Shown here piece by piece: positions 9,565 to 18,113 of a stretch of 53,556 nt of DNA. This DNA comes from Abditibacteriaceae bacterium (GTDB taxonomy: Bacteria; Armatimonadota; Abditibacteriia; Abditibacteriales; Abditibacteriaceae). Below the pieces are notes generated by a model. That model ran no database searches, was not told the DNA's origin, and was given only the letters and a program-made list of their open reading frames with translations. Numbering within the stretch: the first letter of the stretch is position 1; each line of letters begins with the position of its first letter. The translations under genes and the position numbers were made by a program. The DNA lies in the NCBI GenBank assembly GCA_031372065.1, contig JANMKN010000350.1:1-53556 (forward strand), given 5' to 3'.

Positions 9565-11012
9565 AAGGTAACCACCACATGGCAACAAGAAGAGATTTTT
9601 TGAAAACATCGGCTCTGAGCGCGAGCGCGCTTATGCTGCCGCCCTCGGTGCGGAGCGCCTTGGCCGCGCCTGCCGCTGTCGAGTCCGCTGCTTCGGCCAC
9701 CGGCAAGCCGCCGATGCGCTTCATTTTTATGCACAAAGGCAACGGCCTTTTTCCCAGCGTAATGGTGCCGCCCACGCTGAACGCCCAAGAAAAGGCCAAA
9801 GAAGACAAAAAAGAAGCCTTCGAGGTTGACCTCGACAAGCATGATTTGCCGCAATGGATGAGCGCGCTCAGCGACCACAAAAAGCACCTGACGATTTTGC
9901 AAGGCTTATCGGGCCGGATGTGCACCAACGGACATCACTCGTGGCAGTCGTGTTTGGGCGTTTACGCGGCCAACGAACGCCTGAGTTCCATCAAATGGGC
10001 CACGGTCGATTTTGAGCTGGCCCGGCTGTTTCCCTCGCCGTTAGAGCACATCGAACTGGCCTGTTTTCCGATTGACGGCGGCAACGCGCGCGGCAACATC
10101 AACGGCATCGAAAAAGGCTTTTCGGCGCGCGGGCCGCAGCAGCCCAACTACGCTTTCGGCTCGCCCAAAGTCGCCCTCGATGAACTGTTCAAATCGGTGG
10201 CCAGCGACCAAGCCGCGCGCACGCGCTACGAATTAGAGCGCAAAATGCTGGAATTCGTGGCCGCCAACCAAGCCGGGCTAAGCCCCGAAATGGCCGGTTT
10301 GGAGCGGGCGAAAATCCAAAACTATGCCGAAGCCATCGAAGACATTCGCAAGCGCAACGGCAAATTGGAAGCGATGGGCGATGTTATCAGCCGCAACGTG
10401 CCCAAGCTCGACAAAAAATATCTGACCGACGAAGTTTCCACCATCGACCGCCAGCTTGGTCACGTTGAAATTTTGCTTTCGGCGCTGATTTCCGGCATGA
10501 CCAACGTCGTCACGTTCACGGTGGACGAACTGGGCACGCTTTACACGGGCGTTCCCGAACTGGAAACCGAAAAAATCAATCTGCACGACGTGGGACACGG
10601 CAAAGCGGTCGGCAAGTTAGACGCCTTGGAAGTGCGCCGCAACATCCGCAATTGTCACGTGCATCTCATCGACCTCATCGTGCGGCGCCTGAAAAGCGTC
10701 CCGGAGGGCAACGGCACGATGTTCGATAACACAATGCTCTTTTATTTTCCCGACAACGGCGAAACGCACCACAGCATCGGCATCGAGTGGCCGTATCTGG
10801 TTTTGGCGGGCGAAAACGCCAAGCTTAACATCGCTGGTCGCTATATTCGCCTGCCATTTTGGGGCACCGAGGGGCACAAAACCATCGGCAACTGGTTCAC
10901 CACCGTTCTTAACGCCTACGGCAACCCGATTAAACACTTCGGTGACCTCGATTTGGGCCTAACCAAGTTCGTGCCCGACCAAACCGGGCCAATTAGACAA
11001 CTTTTGGCGTGA
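9561..11012 (+). CDS. DUF1552 family protein (Tat-exported)
   Basis: TRRDFLK Tat motif; PMRFIFMHKGNG, GMTNVVT, LHDVGH, EGNGTMFDNT; usual partner of DUF1588/1592 genes. Confidence 0.85.
   Translation: MKGNHHMATRRDFLKTSALSASALMLPPSVRSALAAPAAVESAASATGKPPMRFIFMHKGNGLFPSVMVPPTLNAQEKAKEDKKEAFEVDLDKHDLPQWMSALSDHKKHLTILQGLSGRMCTNGHHSWQSCLGVYAANERLSSIKWATVDFELARLFPSPLEHIELACFPIDGGNARGNINGIEKGFSARGPQQPNYAFGSPKVALDELFKSVASDQAARTRYELERKMLEFVAANQAGLSPEMAGLERAKIQNYAEAIEDIRKRNGKLEAMGDVISRNVPKLDKKYLTDEVSTIDRQLGHVEILLSALISGMTNVVTFTVDELGTLYTGVPELETEKINLHDVGHGKAVGKLDALEVRRNIRNCHVHLIDLIVRRLKSVPEGNGTMFDNTMLFYFPDNGETHHSIGIEWPYLVLAGENAKLNIAGRYIRLPFWGTEGHKTIGNWFTTVLNAYGNPIKHFGDLDLGLTKFVPDQTGPIRQLLA
10935..11012 (+). 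repeat. Direct repeat copy 1 (last 26 codons of the DUF1552 gene)
   Basis: 67/78 nt identical, ungapped, to 11521-11598 by manual alignment. Confidence 0.9.
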
Positions 11013-11509
11013 ACGAAAACAGGAACTATCGCGCCATGATCCGCTCCGCAGCAAAAGCCTTCTTTCCACTCCTGATGCTGGCAGTCACCTTTGCAGCGAC
11101 AGGTTGCTCCCAATCCGGGCCAGCTTCCATCGCGGAAAGCAGTGCCGCGCGTGCCGACCTCGCCGACCGTGTTCAATTCATCGAACGATACGTCAAATTC
11201 AGGCGCCAATACGTGAAGCTGGATTATGCTGTCACCTATCAAAACAACGGCGGCGGTATGGTTCCAGCTCCGTCCGACTGGGATATTCGCCTGCTCGCTG
11301 TGGTTCCAAAGGCCGAGGTGAACAGTTGGATTCCCAGCGGCGTTGCAAAGAAGCAGGAACACTCTCCGCATTGGCTGCGCGATTTACCCGGCTCGATTCA
11401 ACGACAGGGAATCACGGAATGGTATCGGCAATCCGGAACGGAGGTAGGAATTGATCGCTCCCGGTCCGTCATCGCCTACCGAAACACAACGACTCCCGAC
11501 TCCAAATAA
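11009..11509 (+). CDS. Hypothetical lipoprotein
   Basis: Hydrophobic leader with lipobox-like ATGC; 166-aa ORF lying between the two 78-bp repeats. Confidence 0.65.
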   Translation: MNENRNYRAMIRSAAKAFFPLLMLAVTFAATGCSQSGPASIAESSAARADLADRVQFIERYVKFRRQYVKLDYAVTYQNNGGGMVPAPSDWDIRLLAVVPKAEVNSWIPSGVAKKQEHSPHWLRDLPGSIQRQGITEWYRQSGTEVGIDRSRSVIAYRNTTTPDSK

Positions 11510-11520
11510 AACTTGCGCAA

Positions 11521-11598
11521 GACTTCGGCGACTTCGATTTGAGTTTGAGCAAGTTCGTCCCCGACCAAACCGGGCCAATTAGACAATTTTTGGCCTGA
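11521..11598 (+). repeat. Direct repeat copy 2 (orphan DUF1552 3' end)
   Basis: Translates DFGDFDLSLSKFVPDQTGPIRQFLA* versus HFGDLDLGLTKFVPDQTGPIRQLLA* in copy 1. Confidence 0.9.
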
Positions 11599-11649
11599 GC
11601 CGCCGACAGTTTTCACTGAATTAGAGCGCCGAATTCAACGCGACACATC

Positions 11650-13029
11650 ATGAACAGAAGAACTTTTCTCGCCACCACGGCCAGCACTTTGGCCGCCAGC
11701 AGCGTATTTCCGCGTTTTGCCATCGGCAAGCCGGGCCGCTCGGCCAACGGCAAATTGAACATCGCCTTCATCGGCTCCGGTGGTTGGATTGCGCGGCAGC
11801 CCTACGAGCAAGGATGCAGCGAAGAAAACCTCGTGGCTTTTTGCGATGTTGACCGCGAACACTGCGCGGAAAATATGAAAAACTGGCGCACGAATCAGCC
11901 GTTTTTCGAGGACTACCGCGTGATGCTCGACAAGATGCATAAGGAAATCGACGCGGTGGTCGTTTCCACGCCCGATCACTCGCACTTTCCCGCCACACTG
12001 GCGGCGATGGAGCGCGGCATCCACGTTTACACGCAAAAGCCGCTGACGCATAACATTTGGCAAGCCAGAACGCTTGTGAAAGCCAAAGACCGCTACAAAG
12101 TCGTCACGCAGATGGGCAACCAAGGGCACGCGGGCGACGGCATTCGCAAATCGGTGGAAGCCTATCGGGCCGGGTTGATTGGCGAAGTCAGCGAGGTTTT
12201 CGCGCGCAACGACGGGCCGGAGATGGGCGGTGAGCATTTCGCCAATCCCGCCACCATGCCGCCGCCCTCGTCGCCGCTTCCCGAAGGTCTGGCGTGGGAT
12301 TTGTGGCTCGGCCCTGCCGCCAAGCGCGATTTCTACCGTGATTATCTGCCTTATAAGTGGCGGGCGTTCTACGACTTCGGTTCGGGAATGCTCGGCGACT
12401 GGGGCTGCCACACCTTCGATACGCCGGTGTGGACGCTCGACCTCGATCCGCCTAACGTGGTGGAATGTTTAGAGCGCAAGGACTCGCTCAATGGCCTGAT
12501 TCCGGCGGGCAGTCGCATCAAGTATTCTTTTCTGGCAAACGCCAAGCGCGGCCCTGTGACGCTTTACTGGTTCGACGGTCCGCAGGATTGGACAAAAGTC
12601 GGGCGCATCGACAAATTCGGCGCCGATCACGCCGCGCACCTCGGCCAAGCCTGCTGGATGGTGGGCACCAAAGGCCTCATCGGTTGCGGCACGCACGCCG
12701 GGCCGCCGGTCATTTTACCGGTGGAACTGCGCAAAGAGTGGCAAGAGAATCCGCCCGCCGCCACCATTCCCCGCGTCGCCGGTGGCTCTTTCCGCGAGTG
12801 GCTCAGCGCCATCAAAGAAACCGGCCCGGAGCCGGGATCGAATTTCACTTACTCGGCCAAGCTGACCGAAATCATTCTTCTTGGCGTGCTGGCCCAGCGC
12901 TTCAACACCCGCATCGAGTGGGACGCCAAAGTCGGTCGCATTACCAACCACCCAGAGCTAAACGTTTTTATCAAGGAACCCGTAAGAAAAGGCTGGGAAT
13001 ACGGTGAGGAACTATGGCGCGAGGGATGA
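11650..13029 (+). CDS. Gfo/Idh/MocA family oxidoreductase (Tat-exported)
   Basis: NRRTFL Tat motif; IAFIGSGG, STPDHSH, YTQKPLTH, QMGNQG, WDLWLGPA, GMLGDWGCH. Confidence 0.9.
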   Translation: MNRRTFLATTASTLAASSVFPRFAIGKPGRSANGKLNIAFIGSGGWIARQPYEQGCSEENLVAFCDVDREHCAENMKNWRTNQPFFEDYRVMLDKMHKEIDAVVVSTPDHSHFPATLAAMERGIHVYTQKPLTHNIWQARTLVKAKDRYKVVTQMGNQGHAGDGIRKSVEAYRAGLIGEVSEVFARNDGPEMGGEHFANPATMPPPSSPLPEGLAWDLWLGPAAKRDFYRDYLPYKWRAFYDFGSGMLGDWGCHTFDTPVWTLDLDPPNVVECLERKDSLNGLIPAGSRIKYSFLANAKRGPVTLYWFDGPQDWTKVGRIDKFGADHAAHLGQACWMVGTKGLIGCGTHAGPPVILPVELRKEWQENPPAATIPRVAGGSFREWLSAIKETGPEPGSNFTYSAKLTEIILLGVLAQRFNTRIEWDAKVGRITNHPELNVFIKEPVRKGWEYGEELWREG

Positions 13030-13096
13030 GCAACGGAACGCGTTCATTGAAAGAGGCAGCGATGTGCGGCTGGTGTCTGAGTTCGCGCAGGACAGA

Positions 13097-13134
13097 AAAC
13101 CAGACAGCAAGCATTAAACCAGACAGCAAGCATT
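13097..13134. repeat. Perfect 19-bp tandem duplication AAACCAGACAGCAAGCATT x2
   Basis: Read directly in the spacer upstream of the DPP-IV gene. Confidence 0.9.
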
Positions 13135-13370
13135 TTTGGCCTGCGGTTCGCCAAGTAATGACACGCCAACAAGACACAGCCATGAAACCGGCCACACCCG
13201 GAAGTCAACCATCATCCGCAACAGGTTTTCGAATATTCCAAGCACTTCTGCTTAAAGTTCCTAAATTTATGACATGAGTTTCTGGAGTTGAAACCACAAA
13301 TGACAAACTCTCCTTTTATAGAATCGCACCCGGCTTTTGTTTAGGAACTCTTAAGCTCAACACAGAAACT

Positions 13371-15668
13371 ATGACCAACTCACCGCACGATTTCCAGCCG
13401 ACAATTGCCGAAGTTCAAGCTCCTGCCGTTCCCATAAAACGCGGTCTCTTGACTGTGGAGCGCATTTTTGGCCCCGAACCAGAATTCAAGAGTGAAAGTT
13501 GGGGCCCCGCGCACTGGTTCAAAGATGGTTCGGGTTATACCACGCTGGAAACTTCGGAAACCTTTGCCTGCGTAGAGCTTGCTGGGGACGAGCCGGCCAA
13601 AGAGATCAGGGACATCGTCAAGTATGATCCTGAATCCGGGCAGCGTGAAATCATCGTGCCGGCTGCGAGCCTCATTCCTGCGGGGCAGACTCTGCCGCTC
13701 AAAATTGAAAATTATGCGTGGAGCGACGATGCGGAAAAATTCCTGATCTTCACCAATGCTCAGCGGGTTTGGCGGGAAAAAACGCGTGGAGATTACTGGC
13801 TTTTAAATCGCAAAACGGGAACTTTGAAGCAATTGGGCGGGCAAGCCGCGCCCTCGACGATGATGTTTGCCACCCTTTCCCCACATGGAGGCAGCGTCGC
13901 TTATGTCTGCGAGAACAATCTGTTCGTGCAATCCCTGCAAGATTTGCAGATCACCCAACTAACTTTCGATGGCTGCGCCACCATCATCAATGGCACCGCC
14001 GACTGGGTCAACGAAGAGGAGTTCCACTTGCGCAACGGCCTGCGCTGGAGTCCCGATTCCCAGTCAATCGCTTACTGGCAGTTCGATACCGCTGGCGTTC
14101 GTGAGTTTTCACTTGTCAACAGCACCGACTCGCTTTATCCGCAGATCACTTCCTACGCTTATCCCAAAGTCGGCGAAACCAACTCCGCGTGCCGGGGGGG
14201 CGTCGTCCCGGCCACCGGCGGAGCCACCCAATGGTTCAACCCGAACCCAGACCCAAGGAGTCACTACATTCCGCGCATGGAATGGTCGAGCGACTCGCAG
14301 CGCATCCTTTTTCAACAGTTGAACCGGCTACAAAATACTAATCAAGTCATCAGCGGCGATCCCCAAACGGGCGAGACGCAAGTCATCTTCACAGACCGCG
14401 ATGACGCTTGGGTGGAAGTGATGTCGGAGTGGCGGTGGATTGACAAAGGCGCCAGTTTCCTCTGGCTCAGTGAGCGCGATGGGTGGCAGCACCTTTACGC
14501 GGTCACGACCGAAGATCAGGCGATTCGGTTGCTGACTCCGGGCAATTTTGACGTGGTCAGCGTGGCGGGTGTGGATGAACAACGAGGCTTGGTTTATTTC
14601 ATCGCTTCCCCGGACAATCCTACTCAACGCTACCTCTACCGTGCCCGCTTGGATGGAACAGGCGAGGTGGAACGCGTTTCGCCGATTGAGCAACAAGGCA
14701 CGCATTCCTATCGTTTCTCAAAAGACGGTCTTTGGGCCTTTCACACCTTCTCGTGTTTCGGCCAACCGCCCGTCATCGAACTGGTCAGCCTGCCGGAGCA
14801 CAAAGTCGTTCGCGTGTTAACGAGCAACGCCGCGTTGCAACAAAAACTGGCCGAACTCACGCCGTGCCCCAACGAGTTTTTTAAGGTGGACATCGGCCAA
14901 GATGTGGTGGTTGATGCCTGGTGCATTAAGCCGCCTGACTTCGACCCCGCGCGTTCGTATCCGCTTTTCATTCATGTTTATGGCGAACCTGCCGCCTCGA
15001 CCGTTGTTGATGCCTGGGGCGGAGACAACTACCTTTGGCACGCGATGTTGGCGCAGCGGGGCTATGTCGTCATGAGCATCGACAATCGCGGCACTCCGGC
15101 TCCCTTAGGGCGTGCCTGGCGCAAAAGTGTCTATCGACAAATCGGCAGCATCGCCTCTGCCGATCAAGCGGCAGCGACCCAGGAGATTCTTCGGCAGCGG
15201 CCTTATCTCGATGCGGCACGCGTTGGTATTTGGGGATGGAGCGGCGGCGGTTCGATGAGTCTGAATGCCATTTTTCGTTATCCCGATCTCTACCAAACCG
15301 CGATGGCCATTGCTTTCGTTGCCAACCAAAGGTTTTACGACACGATTTATCAGGAGCGCTACATGGGGCTGCCTGCCGACAACGAAGACGGATTCACCCA
15401 CGGGTCGCCAATCACCTTTGCCCACCAACTGAAAGGCAATCTGCTGCTGGTTTATGGCACGGGCGACGATAACTGCCACTACCAAAACTGCGAGGTTTTG
15501 GTGAACGAACTCATTAACCATAATAAGCAGTTTTCCCAAATTTCGTATCCGAACTGCGGCCACGGCCTCAACGAAGGCAAAAACACCAAACGTCACCTCT
15601 ACGAAACGCTTACTCGCTATCTGCAGGCAAACCTATCGGCAACTTCCACTCTGCCGTCATTATCATGA
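13371..15668 (+). CDS. S9B dipeptidyl peptidase IV family protein
   Basis: DWVNEEE, YPKVGE, GWSGGG nucleophile elbow, YDTIYQERYMG, DDNCH, terminal His. Confidence 0.92.
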   Translation: MTNSPHDFQPTIAEVQAPAVPIKRGLLTVERIFGPEPEFKSESWGPAHWFKDGSGYTTLETSETFACVELAGDEPAKEIRDIVKYDPESGQREIIVPAASLIPAGQTLPLKIENYAWSDDAEKFLIFTNAQRVWREKTRGDYWLLNRKTGTLKQLGGQAAPSTMMFATLSPHGGSVAYVCENNLFVQSLQDLQITQLTFDGCATIINGTADWVNEEEFHLRNGLRWSPDSQSIAYWQFDTAGVREFSLVNSTDSLYPQITSYAYPKVGETNSACRGGVVPATGGATQWFNPNPDPRSHYIPRMEWSSDSQRILFQQLNRLQNTNQVISGDPQTGETQVIFTDRDDAWVEVMSEWRWIDKGASFLWLSERDGWQHLYAVTTEDQAIRLLTPGNFDVVSVAGVDEQRGLVYFIASPDNPTQRYLYRARLDGTGEVERVSPIEQQGTHSYRFSKDGLWAFHTFSCFGQPPVIELVSLPEHKVVRVLTSNAALQQKLAELTPCPNEFFKVDIGQDVVVDAWCIKPPDFDPARSYPLFIHVYGEPAASTVVDAWGGDNYLWHAMLAQRGYVVMSIDNRGTPAPLGRAWRKSVYRQIGSIASADQAAATQEILRQRPYLDAARVGIWGWSGGGSMSLNAIFRYPDLYQTAMAIAFVANQRFYDTIYQERYMGLPADNEDGFTHGSPITFAHQLKGNLLLVYGTGDDNCHYQNCEVLVNELINHNKQFSQISYPNCGHGLNEGKNTKRHLYETLTRYLQANLSATSTLPSLS

Positions 15669-16840
15669 ATCATCCTTCCACTGCGTTGCCTGTGGCGGCC
15701 AGAATCGCCGCCGGTATCCCCGAAGTTAACAGCAGCCTTTACTGGCGCATCCGCTTCTCGGTCTGCGACCAGGTCGTATTGATTGAACTTCCGGGTCAAA
15801 CCGGCAGCGAATCGGTGCTGATTCTGCGCGACATCGAAATGGATCGCGCCCGACAATTCGCACGCGTTGACCGCGTCGCCTGCCCGGCGGACTTTACGCC
15901 AGAAGGTGGCTTATCGGGTGACCGGGAAACGGCAAACGCCCAAGCCGCTGCCGAATGCCTCCGTCGCGCGGGTGTTACGGTGGCGACGGGAGATCGCACG
16001 CTGCCACTCATTTTTGCTGACTTCGCCCGCCAGGCCGGCATCGCCATCGAATGCGATCCCGACCAATGGGTCAACGAACGCCGCCAGAAGTCCGCCGAAG
16101 AAATCGAGCACCTGCGCGAGGCCCAGCGCATCACCGAAGGAGCGGTGCAAATGGCCTGTGAGTTAATCGCCTGCGCGGATGTCCGGCGTGACGGCTTGCT
16201 CCTGCACGAGGGCCAAGTGCTAACTTCCGAGCGAGTTCGCGCAGCCGTGGATCATTGGCTGTTAGATCGCGATTTCATCAATCCCATGGCGATTATCGCG
16301 GGCGGGCCAGCAGCGGCGGATTGTCACTATTTGGGCACGGGCGAACTCCGCACCGGCGAACCTGTCATCGTGGATATTTTTCCGCGCTATCGTAAGACGC
16401 GCTACAATGGCGACTGCACCCGCACCGTGGTGCATGGCGAGATTCCGGATGAAGTTCATCGCATGCACGCCGCTGTGCGAGCCGCGAAATTGGCCGCCCA
16501 GCAAACCATCGCTGCCGGAGTCACGGGCGAAGCCGTGCATCGCGCAACCGTGCAGGCAATGGAGAGCGCAGGCTACGCTTTCGGCCTGCCCGCCGCGAAT
16601 GCTCCACTCTCTTATTGCGCCCTCACGCATGGAACAGGTCACGGCATCGGACTCGATGTCCACGAACCTCCATTGTTGGACATCAAAGGCCCCGCGCTGC
16701 TTGCGGGCGAAGTCCTCACTGTGGAGCCGGGCCTCTACCGCCGAGACCGTGGCGGAGTCCGCATCGAAGACATGGTCGTGGTGACCAAACACGGATGCGA
16801 CAACCTCAATGCCTTGAGCGATGGACTCAGCTGGAAATAA
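15665..16840 (+). CDS. M24 family Xaa-Pro aminopeptidase/prolidase
   Basis: DIFP...YNGDCTRT, HGTGHGIGLDVHE, TVEPGLY, GGVRIED. Confidence 0.92.
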   Translation: MNHPSTALPVAARIAAGIPEVNSSLYWRIRFSVCDQVVLIELPGQTGSESVLILRDIEMDRARQFARVDRVACPADFTPEGGLSGDRETANAQAAAECLRRAGVTVATGDRTLPLIFADFARQAGIAIECDPDQWVNERRQKSAEEIEHLREAQRITEGAVQMACELIACADVRRDGLLLHEGQVLTSERVRAAVDHWLLDRDFINPMAIIAGGPAAADCHYLGTGELRTGEPVIVDIFPRYRKTRYNGDCTRTVVHGEIPDEVHRMHAAVRAAKLAAQQTIAAGVTGEAVHRATVQAMESAGYAFGLPAANAPLSYCALTHGTGHGIGLDVHEPPLLDIKGPALLAGEVLTVEPGLYRRDRGGVRIEDMVVVTKHGCDNLNALSDGLSWK

Positions 16841-16935
16841 CCTGCCACGAAAGAATTACGACCCTGCAAATCATTACGAAATGACTCCTTGCATTACTTG
16901 CCATTATCATCGAAAGTCGTTTAATAAATAGCCCC

Positions 16936-18102
16936 ATGAAACACGCCTTGTCTCTTTTTGTAGCCCTGTATCTGTTAGCGCCGATGAGTATCTTGCACGC
17001 GGCGCAGGTGCCCGAAACGCTGCGTCCGCAGTTGCAAATCATCAACGGCAGCCGCCAGACCATTGACGTTTTTTGGCAGAAATCCGCCACCGAGCGCGTG
17101 CCGAACGGCTCCATCGCGCCGGGCGAGGACGCGATTATCAGCACCACGCTCGGCCATCGTTTCGAAGTGGTGGGCCGCGACGATAAGGCGACGGCCACGG
17201 TTACCAGCGCGGTGCCGGTGCAGGGTTTTCGTTTTGATCCTCAAGGACGGGACGGCGTGCCTTCGTTTTACACGCAAGCGGTCAGCGCGCATGGTTTCCC
17301 CATCGTCGCCTCGGCCAAAGTGAACCCCTACGCGCTCAAAGAAGCGGCGTTTCTGGTCGAGACGATGCTTGCCAACCGCCCGGATGTGCTGACTGCGATG
17401 ATAAAAAGCGGCGCGCGGATGTGCATTATGGCGCACGACGAATACACCACCGACCTGCCGGAGTTCGCGCGGTTGGCCGCCGCAAAGGTGCCGGGATTTG
17501 AAAATGTGTCGCCAAAGGATTATTGGGACGCACGCGCCCGTGGCATGGGCGGCAGCACAACCGACCCGCTTTGCACCGTTGCCGAGGAAAACGTGCTCGG
17601 CTATGCGGGCGACCCATATGAAAAGGAATGCATTTTCATTCATGAGTTCGCCCACAGCATCCATCTGCGTGGCATGGTAAATGTCGATTCGACCTTCGAC
17701 CTGCGGCTGAAGACGGCTTACGACTCGGCCATGAAGGCCGGTCTATGGAAAGGCAAATACGCCTCCGTCAATCACCACGAATACTTTGCCGAGGGCGTGC
17801 AATCTTGGTTCGACAACAACCGCGTGAACGATCACGACCATAATCATGTGAACACGCGAGCGTTGTTGTTGGAATACGACCCCGGTTTGGCGGCGCTCTG
17901 CCGCGAGGTTTTTGGCGACACGGTCATCAAATACACCAAGCCCGCCACCCGCCTCACCGGCCATATGGCAGGCTACAACCCGGCAACCGCACCTAAGTTC
18001 GTGTGGCCAGAGCGGTTGCAACAGGCCAGAGCAGAAATCCGCGCGCAAGCGCAGGCACGTGACAACGCTGCCAATAGTGACAAAAATACGCTACGCCCTT
18101 GA
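16936..18102 (+). CDS. Secreted protein with VHL-beta-like N-domain and zincin (HEXXH...EYFAE) domain
   Basis: Signal peptide; IINGSRQTIDVFW...TTLGHRFEVV resembles the VHL beta domain; FIHEFAHSIH; HEYFAEGVQSWF. Confidence 0.7.
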   Translation: MKHALSLFVALYLLAPMSILHAAQVPETLRPQLQIINGSRQTIDVFWQKSATERVPNGSIAPGEDAIISTTLGHRFEVVGRDDKATATVTSAVPVQGFRFDPQGRDGVPSFYTQAVSAHGFPIVASAKVNPYALKEAAFLVETMLANRPDVLTAMIKSGARMCIMAHDEYTTDLPEFARLAAAKVPGFENVSPKDYWDARARGMGGSTTDPLCTVAEENVLGYAGDPYEKECIFIHEFAHSIHLRGMVNVDSTFDLRLKTAYDSAMKAGLWKGKYASVNHHEYFAEGVQSWFDNNRVNDHDHNHVNTRALLLEYDPGLAALCREVFGDTVIKYTKPATRLTGHMAGYNPATAPKFVWPERLQQARAEIRAQAQARDNAANSDKNTLRP

Positions 18103-18113
18103 AACCCAGCCCC

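Noticed and set aside
13014..13277. 87-aa ORF after the Gfo/Idh/MocA gene
   Set aside because: No recognisable motif and it contains the 19-bp duplication; treated as non-coding or a relic.
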